NCBI GenBank assembly: GCA_002713205.1
Contig: PAVW01000013.1
Coordinates: 30,001 to 62,000 of the forward strand
Direction of reading: 5' to 3'
Length of the DNA: 32,000 nucleotides
From: Nitrososphaerota archaeon
GTDB taxonomy: Archaea > Thermoproteota > Nitrososphaeria > Nitrososphaerales > UBA57
Part shown: one piece after another, positions 1-6,882 of the stretch
Layout of the letters: each line of letters starts with the position of its first letter
Position numbering within the stretch: position 1 is the first letter of the stretch
Notes under the pieces: generated by a model
Database searches by the model: none
Seen by the model: only the letters and a program-made list of their open reading frames with translations
What the model was told of the DNA's origin: nothing
Translations under genes and position numbers: made by a program

Positions 1-2
1 AA

Positions 3-1340
3 GTATTAGTAAGCGGAGCCAGTGGATTCATTGGAAAGAAGCTTGTAGAACGTCTATTAAAATCAAACATATCAGTTAGGGCAATTTCTCGAAATATAAA
101 AAATCTTTCAGAATTAAAACACGATAATTTAGAGAAAATGGAAATAAATGCATTAAACTACAATGAATTAGTAAATGCATTAAATGGAATTGATGTAGCA
201 TATTTTCTAATTCACTCCATGGAAGGTGAATCAAATAATTGGACAAAATTCATTGAATTAGATAAAAAAATTGCAAAAAATTTTGCAATGGCTGCCACAA
301 AAAACAATGTAAAAAGAATAATCTATCTAAGTGGACTTGTCAGTATTCCAGACAGGGAAATGTCAAAACATATGGCAAGTAGGAAAGAAGTTGGCGAGAT
401 ATTAAAGACATCAAAAGCTAAGGTTACAATTTTTCGAGCATCAGTAATAATAGGAAACGGAAGTGGAGGATTTAAAATGATGCATTACTTGGTTGAAAGA
501 TTACCTATAATGATATGTCCAAGATGGGTACTAACAAAATTACAACCAATATTTGTCGATGATGTAATATCATATCTTTTTGAAAGTCTATTTAAAAGAG
601 AAACCGAAGGAAAAATGTTTGATGTGGGAGGCCCTGATACAATACCATACAAAGATCTGATGAAATTGTATGCTAAAAAAAATAATAAAACAATACGAAT
701 GATAATAATTCCATTTTTGAGTCTAAGATTAACATCCTATTGGGTTGACTTGATAACCCCAATGAAAAAGTCACTCACCAGGCCTTTAGTAGAAGGATTA
801 AAAAATGAATCTGTAATAACGGAGAATTCAATTAAAAAAATCATACCATTGAAATTGAAAGGAGTAGATCAATCATTGGATATTGCAATAGGTACGCAGA
901 TACAGAACCAGAAACATACTGCAAGAAAAGAAATTCTATTATCATATTTGCTAATTTTATTAGGAATTACAGGTGCTGCGCATTATTGGGTAGATGAAAG
1001 AATAATGTCAATGCATCTTCTGGGACATATAAGTACAGGAATCTGGTTCTTATTGTTATTAGTTGGTTATTTTTTTATAAAGAAAGGAGCTCGACTTGGA
1101 GCACTATTGGCAGGGATTGTTGGTTGGACTGCTGCATTGTTTTTGTTAATCGATAGCATGTATTTAATTTCTTATTTGCCAAAAATTGGATCTTATACTG
1201 TAAGTAAAGGAATAGCAATTCTAGGTAATTATCCAGATGCAAATACTGTTTTATTGAATATAATGGGTTTGTTTGTAATTGCAATATTACTAGTTGTAGC
1301 ACATTTTACATTTTATGATAAAAATAAAAACGTAAAATAA
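3..1340 (+). CDS. NAD(P)-binding Rossmann-fold protein (NmrA/atypical-SDR-like) fused to a C-terminal multi-helix membrane domain; 5' end cut by the window
   Basis: Frame 3 is open from the window edge and reads VLVSGASGFIGKKLVERLL (GxxGxxG dinucleotide-binding motif) upstream of the tracked ORF 138-1340. The last ~130 aa contain four hydrophobic helices (ILLSYLLILLGITGAAHYW, GIWFLLLLVGYFFI, LLAGIVGWTAALFLLI, GLFVIAILLVVAHFTF). Confidence 0.8.
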   Translation, partial: VLVSGASGFIGKKLVERLLKSNISVRAISRNIKNLSELKHDNLEKMEINALNYNELVNALNGIDVAYFLIHSMEGESNNWTKFIELDKKIAKNFAMAATKNNVKRIIYLSGLVSIPDREMSKHMASRKEVGEILKTSKAKVTIFRASVIIGNGSGGFKMMHYLVERLPIMICPRWVLTKLQPIFVDDVISYLFESLFKRETEGKMFDVGGPDTIPYKDLMKLYAKKNNKTIRMIIIPFLSLRLTSYWVDLITPMKKSLTRPLVEGLKNESVITENSIKKIIPLKLKGVDQSLDIAIGTQIQNQKHTARKEILLSYLLILLGITGAAHYWVDERIMSMHLLGHISTGIWFLLLLVGYFFIKKGARLGALLAGIVGWTAALFLLIDSMYLISYLPKIGSYTVSKGIAILGNYPDANTVLLNIMGLFVIAILLVVAHFTFYDKNKNVK

Positions 1341-1393
1341 TATAAAAAGTAAGAAAATATGGGGTTTTTAAATTAAAAATTAAGAAGGCCGAA

Positions 1394-1969
1394 ATGATTG
1401 GGAAAATTCAAAGGATATCGGGCAATGTTAACAACTTTCCCACATACACTACACAAATAATGAATCTGGCAAACCAGAATGCCAAAGGAACAAGGCCTAA
1501 AGTAGTTGGACAGCTAACTGATTTAATTCAAGAATGTCCATATAATGAACACAAAAAATGGAAAGAATGGTATCTTAACGAACAGCCCAATGCAATAGAC
1601 AATGCAACCCAGAAAGTTCTTGATGGGGTTGAAAAGCTAAAAGATGGAATTAATAAAATAGATGAAAATATGGTCCGATCTTGGGTAAAAGAATTAGTTA
1701 TAGATAAGACTTTCATTGGTTTAAGATTACAAGAAGTAATATTAATAAAATTCTCAGAGATGTTGAAGACTAAGTATCGTTTAGCAACACCTGAACAGGA
1801 AAGCAAAGGTATAGATGGCTTTTTAGGAGATGTTCCTGTTTCGATAAAACCAGTTACGTATAAAATTAAGAAGTCGTTGCACGAAGATATAGATGTTAAA
1901 ATGATTTTTTACGATAAAAAGAATGATGAAATTATTATTTCTGATGAATGTATAAATCAATTTTATTAA
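1394..1969 (+). CDS. Putative type II restriction endonuclease (possibly MjaI-like family; family assignment from memory only)
   Basis: A 191-aa ORF with an ATG start, convergent with and overlapping the stop of the adjacent DNA methyltransferase. The C-terminal half has a nuclease-like segment, EQESKGIDGFLGDVPVSIKP (D ... S-x-K, a possible PD-(D/E)xK variant). No other family is recognisable. Confidence 0.55.
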   Translation: MIGKIQRISGNVNNFPTYTTQIMNLANQNAKGTRPKVVGQLTDLIQECPYNEHKKWKEWYLNEQPNAIDNATQKVLDGVEKLKDGINKIDENMVRSWVKELVIDKTFIGLRLQEVILIKFSEMLKTKYRLATPEQESKGIDGFLGDVPVSIKPVTYKIKKSLHEDIDVKMIFYDKKNDEIIISDECINQFY

Positions 1970-3066
1970 GCGTATTCAATCTCGAATATGTTATCCTTAA
2001 TTTTGCTAAATGTCTTTACCATGGGTATGACCATTCTTGTTTCTTGTCTTGTCATTACTGGAAATTTATATCTTTCATTAAAGTAACTTAGTTTTCCGTT
2101 TTCTTTTTCTCTTTTTTTAACGAAATCTAGATGTTGTTTAATTCTTGTATTGTTATATCCGTTTGCTAATTCTAAAAGATTATCCATACGTAGATTTATT
2201 ATTTCCATGAAATTCGAATCTATCTCATATCCAATGCTGTTCCGTCCAGATGCCATAGCTCCAAGGGTAGTGGTACTCGTTCCCAAATATGGATCTAATA
2301 CTACATCGCCCTGGACCGAAAACATGGTTATTAATCTATACGCTAACTCGAAGGGATAAGCAGCACTTCTTTCTCTAATGTTTTTATGGTTTAGTTTCTG
2401 TCTGTCACCCATTAAGCCTTCCCAAATGTCCGAAAACCATTTATTTCGTTCTTCCCAAAAAAAAGCACTTCTGTGTCTATTCGATTTTTCTAATTCGGTG
2501 TTAAACTCTCTTTTGGCCCCCTTTCTTAAAATTAAAATGTATTCATGTTCTAAAGTTACATAAGCTCCCACTGGCAACATCCCAGAACCCATAAATTTGT
2601 TCGGTTTATTAGACTGCTTTCTCCAAAGAATGTCGGGTAAAACATGGAACCCTAATTCTGTGCAAAATGATAATATTCGTGCGTGATTTGAATATAATTT
2701 AAAGGAATTATCTATTTTTCTGGTTGCATCACCAATGTTAATACAAGCAATACACCCAGGCTCTAAAACCCTATAAACTTCTTTCCAGACTTTATCTAGT
2801 TCTTGATGCATTAATTCAAAGGCCGAATCATCATCATAATCTGCAAGGGCTTTTTCTATATCTTTGTTCTGTTCTGAAAACATCTCATCCCACATCTCTA
2901 TCATGGGATATGGTGGAGATGTAACAACAAATTGAATAGAATCATTGTCTATATCATTCATAATTCTACTATCGTCTATGATTATTTTGTGTGATGTTTT
3001 GACACTCCCACTATTGTTTTCCAGTGAATTATTTACATAATAATCTATACTATGACTCTCTTCCAT
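1966..3066 (-). CDS. DNA methyltransferase, beta-class amino-MTase (N4-cytosine/N6-adenine family; the SPPY motif suggests N4-cytosine)
   Basis: Catalytic motif IV, FVVTSPPYP, lies near the N-terminus. The AdoMet motif I, VLDPYLGTSTTTLGA, lies near the C-terminus. This IV...I order is the beta-class arrangement. 366 aa, ATG start. Confidence 0.9.
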   Translation of the reverse strand: MEESHSIDYYVNNSLENNSGSVKTSHKIIIDDSRIMNDIDNDSIQFVVTSPPYPMIEMWDEMFSEQNKDIEKALADYDDDSAFELMHQELDKVWKEVYRVLEPGCIACINIGDATRKIDNSFKLYSNHARILSFCTELGFHVLPDILWRKQSNKPNKFMGSGMLPVGAYVTLEHEYILILRKGAKREFNTELEKSNRHRSAFFWEERNKWFSDIWEGLMGDRQKLNHKNIRERSAAYPFELAYRLITMFSVQGDVVLDPYLGTSTTTLGAMASGRNSIGYEIDSNFMEIINLRMDNLLELANGYNNTRIKQHLDFVKKREKENGKLSYFNERYKFPVMTRQETRMVIPMVKTFSKIKDNIFEIEYA

Positions 3067-3333
3067 CGTTCTGACTCCTTTTTCTTTGGCTTAACAACAA
3101 TAATGAAATCCTTTTCCTCGTCATCTTATCTTCCAAGCTAAATAATCTCCCTTCTCAAGTTCAAACTGTTTAATAATACAAAGGGCATGGTAGTCCTGTT
3201 ACACACTTTTTGTTTGTTTTATTCAGAATTATAGTCTGTCCATTAACCATGTTTAATACTATGATTGTCTTTTATATGAATGAAATCATAATTAAGAAAA
3301 ATATGGGATTAGAAAAAACAAGAGAGAAGAATA

Positions 3334-4188
3334 ATGGTATATATTCGAAATAAGCAAGTAAAAGGAAAAAATTATGCATATCTAGTTCGTAGTGTTTGGA
3401 ACAAAGACAAAAAATCCACTAGTCAACAGACAATAAAATATTTGGGAAGATCATCGAAAGTGACGATAGATAATATTCCTGTAAGATTTCGGAATAATCC
3501 TAATGTAATCAAATTCATAGTTAGAAAGAAACACATACAACATGAAGATTTATCAGAATTAATTTATGCAACACAAAAAGAAATCTTAATTAAATTATCA
3601 GAATCAGTGACAGTTGATTATACTCGGTTATATGAACAATATAAAAAAAATTTTTCCACTGTAGAATTTTTTGACAAGATAATTAAACCGATTCTCTATG
3701 ATGTAGGAGACCGTTGGAAACAAAATAAATTACTCATTGGAACTGAGCATGTAATTAGTAACAGAATTAATACAGTTATTAAACAAACAATAACTCATAG
3801 AAAAAAAAGAACAAATTATAAAATTTTGATTTGTAATCCTACTGGTGAAAGACACAACATAGCGTGTAATATATTAGAATCAGTATTAATCAACAATGGT
3901 TTCAATGTTTTTAATATTTCACCATCAACTCCAAGTGAAGATGTATTACAATACATAGATGAGATAAAACCGAACTTAATATTGATATCAATAACCTTAC
4001 CCAATAACATTAAAGCGGGAATTAATTTGGTGGAAAGAACAAGTAATTCATGTAAAATACCTATAATAGTAGGTGGGCAAGCAATTAATTCTAAAAATTC
4101 AAATAAATTTTTATCAGCAACAGTAATGGATTCAAATAACTCATTTAACCAAATTGTGAAAAAAATAACAATGATACAAAAAAGATGA
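3334..4188 (+). CDS. Cobalamin (B12)-binding domain protein with a CarH-like helical-bundle + Rossmann architecture and a basic N-terminal putative DNA-binding module
   Basis: FFDKIIKPILYDVGDRWKQNKLLIGTEHVISNR matches a B12-binding_2-type bundle with W-x9-EH. KILICNPTGERHNIACNILESVLINNGFNVFNIS...LILISITL...IPIIVGGQAI matches the B12-binding Rossmann domain with (D/E)xHxx(G->A). The N-terminus is MVYIRNKQVKGKNYAYLVRSVWNKDKKSTSQQTIKYLGR. Confidence 0.75.
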   Translation: MVYIRNKQVKGKNYAYLVRSVWNKDKKSTSQQTIKYLGRSSKVTIDNIPVRFRNNPNVIKFIVRKKHIQHEDLSELIYATQKEILIKLSESVTVDYTRLYEQYKKNFSTVEFFDKIIKPILYDVGDRWKQNKLLIGTEHVISNRINTVIKQTITHRKKRTNYKILICNPTGERHNIACNILESVLINNGFNVFNISPSTPSEDVLQYIDEIKPNLILISITLPNNIKAGINLVERTSNSCKIPIIVGGQAINSKNSNKFLSATVMDSNNSFNQIVKKITMIQKR

Positions 4189-4344
4189 TGGGGACGGCAG
4201 GATTTGAACCCACGATCTCCCGGTCACTGCTGCTCCAAAGGTGCATCATCCGTTATGTCAGTTACCTAATTATACTATTAGCTTCTGGAGCCGTTAGCGG
4301 CACAATAATGTGCTGACGCCATAACCGAGCTAGGCTACGTCCCC
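4189..4344 (-). tRNA. tRNA-Trp (anticodon CCA) with two introns: 21 nt at 4294-4314 (position 28/29) and 60 nt at 4225-4284 (position 37/38). No encoded CCA.
   Basis: The reverse complement reads GGGGACG UA GCCU AGCUCGGUUA UGGC G UC[21 nt]CGG CUCCAG[60 nt]A CCGGG AGAUC GUGGG UUCAAAU CCUGC CGUCCCC A. The spliced product is a 75-nt cloverleaf with a 7-bp acceptor stem, anticodon stem UCCGG/CCGGG, loop CUCCAGA (anticodon at 4286-4288) and T-loop UUCAAAU. Intron 1 forms a bulge-helix-bulge whose predicted cuts fall exactly at the exon junctions. Confidence 0.8.
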
Positions 4345-4413
4345 TGTTATTTGAAATATATATCCAATATTTGAATGGTAATATATTTCAATAATTATTT
4401 ATAACATGTATTT

Positions 4414-5016
4414 ATGACAAGTTTCGAATTCAAACCACTTTCACGTTCTTTTTACGATTCAAGTACAGTACTAGTAGCAAAAAAATTACTAGGTAAATTA
4501 ATTATCAGGAAGCTAAATGGACGGATTATAAGTGGAAGAATAGTGGAAACGGAAGCTTATACATCAGGTAAACATGATGCTGCAAGTCATGCATGTAAAG
4601 GTATAACTGAAAGAAACAAAGTCATGTTTGGTAAAAATGGCATTTCTTACGTTTATTTTACATATGGAATGTATTTCATGTTTAATGTAGTAGCAAAGAA
4701 AAAAACAGAAGATGCAGGAGCTGTGCTAATACGTGCATTAGAACCAATTAATGGCATTAAAATAATGGAATTAAATAGACATGTAAAAAATAAATTAAAT
4801 ATAACTAATGGTCCAGGTAAACTTACAAAAGCGCTTGTAATTGATAAGAAATTCAACGGTATAGATATGACAAAAAAAGGGAAATTATATATCACAAACT
4901 TTGAACGAAGAAGAGAGGAAATATCAGCTTCTACAAGAGTTGGAATATCATCTGCTATGGATAAAAAATGGAGATTTTACTTGAAAGGAAACAAATTCGT
5001 GTCAAAAAAGGACTGA
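4414..5016 (+). CDS. mpg: DNA-3-methyladenine (alkylpurine) glycosylase, Mpg/AAG family
   Basis: FYDSSTVLVAKKLLGKLIIRK...GRIVETEAYTSGKHDAASHACKGITERNKVMFGKNGISYVYFTYGMYFMFNVV is the characteristic N-terminal core of the AAG/Mpg family. 200 aa, ATG start. Confidence 0.9.
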   Translation: MTSFEFKPLSRSFYDSSTVLVAKKLLGKLIIRKLNGRIISGRIVETEAYTSGKHDAASHACKGITERNKVMFGKNGISYVYFTYGMYFMFNVVAKKKTEDAGAVLIRALEPINGIKIMELNRHVKNKLNITNGPGKLTKALVIDKKFNGIDMTKKGKLYITNFERRREEISASTRVGISSAMDKKWRFYLKGNKFVSKKD

Positions 5017-5142
5017 AAACAAGAACATCATGAGTAATTAGTATAAAAATCAAAATTGGCAATCGATATAGAACAATAAATTATTAACTTAGGAAAAGAC
5101 AAACAATAAAGTTAATTTACATCCTTTTTCTATACGTTAATG

Positions 5143-5260
5143 TTGCCGGCCATAGCAATGGTGTTCCACCTGGTCCCATTCCGAACCCAGAAGTTAAGCC
5201 CATTGACGCTGTTGTGTTAGTTAGGTCCGAAAGGTCTTGCGAAGCAATAGTGCCGGCACA
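5143..5260 (+). rRNA. rrf: 5S ribosomal RNA (orphan, not linked to 16S/23S in this window); ends +/- 3 nt
   Basis: GCCGGCCAUAGCAAUGGUGUUCCACCUGGUCCCAUUCCGAACCCAGAAGUUAAGCCCAUUG contains the universal 5S loop C/helix III motif CCGAAC...GAAGUUAAGC. The terminal helix I pairs UGCCGGC (5144-5150) with GCCGGCA (5252-5258). It is a local G+C-rich island followed by T-runs. Confidence 0.9.
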
Positions 5261-5316
5261 TTTAATATTTAACAAACCTTATTTTCGAGTATTAATTAAT
5301 TTATAATCTATAACAA

Positions 5317-6462
5317 GTGATTAATTTGGAACTATTATTAATATTAGGTGGAGTAGGTAATGCATTTGGAGATAATCCATGGCTCAACAATCCAGTAATT
5401 AGTATAATGATTTTTTATCTTCCTTTAGCTCTTTTGATTTTATATGGTCAAAAAATTCAATCATGGATGATGTTAAATGACATATCAAAATCAATTGGTA
5501 AATTAAAAGAAATGAAAGAAAAAAGCAGAGACGAGGCTATAAATCACATCACTGAAGGAGTAGATAACAAAGATAACGTAATTAAGAAGATTGATTCATT
5601 TTTAGAATATTTTACAATTATGCCAGTTGATTTAGATCCAGCAGGTGTTGTCAACAAATTAGATCATTTAATGACAACAAGAGATGAACGAATGAGAATA
5701 GAAATAAAAAATATGTTGCCTGAATTAGATTCAATAAAAGCTAATTCTGTAGAAAATATTATTGAGATTGCTACATCGTATAATTTTGTTTATAAAATTG
5801 CTAGGCATTTTTACTTGATAGGAAAAAAATCAAGCAATATTCTAATCTTAGCACAATTACAAATGATTATGCCTTTTATATTAATGCAGGCAGATGCGTT
5901 AACAAAAGCTATGAGTACATTCAGGGAAAGTCAACCGATTGGAGATTCAATAGGTCCGATGATTGTAGGTAAATTAATGTTAGAGAAAGAAAAACATGAA
6001 ATAGCTAGAGACACAATTTATGCTGAATCAAATATCGAAAATCGGAAAGTCTATTTAATTACTGCAAAAGGTCCAGGAGGTACTGTAGGTCAACCAGGAA
6101 ATGCATTAAAAAATATCATTGAGAAAGGAACTAAGCCTTCTATTTTGATAATGATTGATGCTGCATTAAGATTAGAGGGAGAAAAAACTGGAGAGATAGC
6201 AGAAGGAATAGGAGCAGCTATAGGCGGGATAGGTGTAGATCGATTTAAGATAGAAGAAATAGCTACGGAAAATAACATACCAATTTATGCAATAGTCATA
6301 AAACAAACTTTGGTAGAGGCAATATCAATTATGAGAAAAGAAATAGCTGAAACTACAGAACCTGTACACGATATTTTGAATCGATTAATAATGGAAAGAA
6401 CCAAAGAAGGCGATTCAGTGATAATAATCGGAGTAGGTAATACAGCAGGAGTGGGTCAATAG
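5317..6462 (+). CDS. Conserved archaeal membrane-anchored protein of unknown function (resembles the DUF1512 family from memory)
   Basis: A 381-aa ORF with a GTG start. It has N-terminal hydrophobic helices (ISIMIFYLPLALLILYG). The C-terminal globular part has a Gly-rich segment, GPGGTVGQPGNALKNIIEKGTKPSILIMIDAALRLEGEKTGEIAEGIGAAIGGIGVD. Its stop codon directly abuts the next ATG. Confidence 0.75.
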   Translation: MINLELLLILGGVGNAFGDNPWLNNPVISIMIFYLPLALLILYGQKIQSWMMLNDISKSIGKLKEMKEKSRDEAINHITEGVDNKDNVIKKIDSFLEYFTIMPVDLDPAGVVNKLDHLMTTRDERMRIEIKNMLPELDSIKANSVENIIEIATSYNFVYKIARHFYLIGKKSSNILILAQLQMIMPFILMQADALTKAMSTFRESQPIGDSIGPMIVGKLMLEKEKHEIARDTIYAESNIENRKVYLITAKGPGGTVGQPGNALKNIIEKGTKPSILIMIDAALRLEGEKTGEIAEGIGAAIGGIGVDRFKIEEIATENNIPIYAIVIKQTLVEAISIMRKEIAETTEPVHDILNRLIMERTKEGDSVIIIGVGNTAGVGQ

Positions 6463-6882
6463 ATGTCAATGCCGCTTATGGGTGTACCTGACAAAAAACA
6501 ACGGAAATTCAATATATATACTATAGAGGAATGCGGTCATGGTTCAAAGGACAAAAATGGAAAATTTGAAAAAGGTACAAAGTCCGAAGGAGAATTTAAG
6601 TTTGAAAAAGGTACAAAGTACGAAGGAGAATTTAAGGATGGGAAAAAACATGGTCAGGGAATATTAAAAGATTCAGACGGTAAAATTATCTATGAAGGAG
6701 AATGGAAGGATGACAAACCAGATGGTAAAGGAACAATAACAATTCCAGATAGTGCGTGTAAAAAATCAATTAAAAGAAAATTTGTAAAGGGAGATTATGT
6801 TCATAAAATTATTGATGAATGTAAAGAATGCAAGAATAACAAGATTATAACAATGATATTTGCAGAAGAAGAAAAAAGCTAG
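6463..6882 (+). CDS. MORN-repeat protein with flanking Cys pairs
   Basis: The repeats YEGEFKDGKKHGQGILKDSDGKIIYEGEWKDDKPDGKGTIT fit the MORN pattern Y-x-G-x-(W/F)-x-x-G-x-x-x-G-x-G. There is a C-terminal CKECK (CxxC). The start ATG immediately follows the upstream TAG (caaTAGATGtca). Confidence 0.85.
   Translation: MSMPLMGVPDKKQRKFNIYTIEECGHGSKDKNGKFEKGTKSEGEFKFEKGTKYEGEFKDGKKHGQGILKDSDGKIIYEGEWKDDKPDGKGTITIPDSACKKSIKRKFVKGDYVHKIIDECKECKNNKIITMIFAEEEKS
6565..6636 (+). repeat. In-frame 2 x 36 bp tandem duplication inside the MORN gene (35/36 identical)
   Basis: tttgaaaaaggtacaaagtCcgaaggagaatttaag (6565-6600) is repeated at 6601-6636 with one C->A change. The copies encode FEKGTKSEGEFK / FEKGTKYEGEFK. 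Confidence 0.9.

Noticed and set aside
3260-3290. The inverted repeat TATGATT-N17-AATCATA bracketing a TTTTATAT TATA-like element upstream of the B12-binding protein gene. It is a possible autoregulatory operator.
   Set aside because: The arms are only 7 bp in very AT-rich DNA, so the repeat is statistically unremarkable. It is noted only as a place to look if the protein proves to bind DNA.
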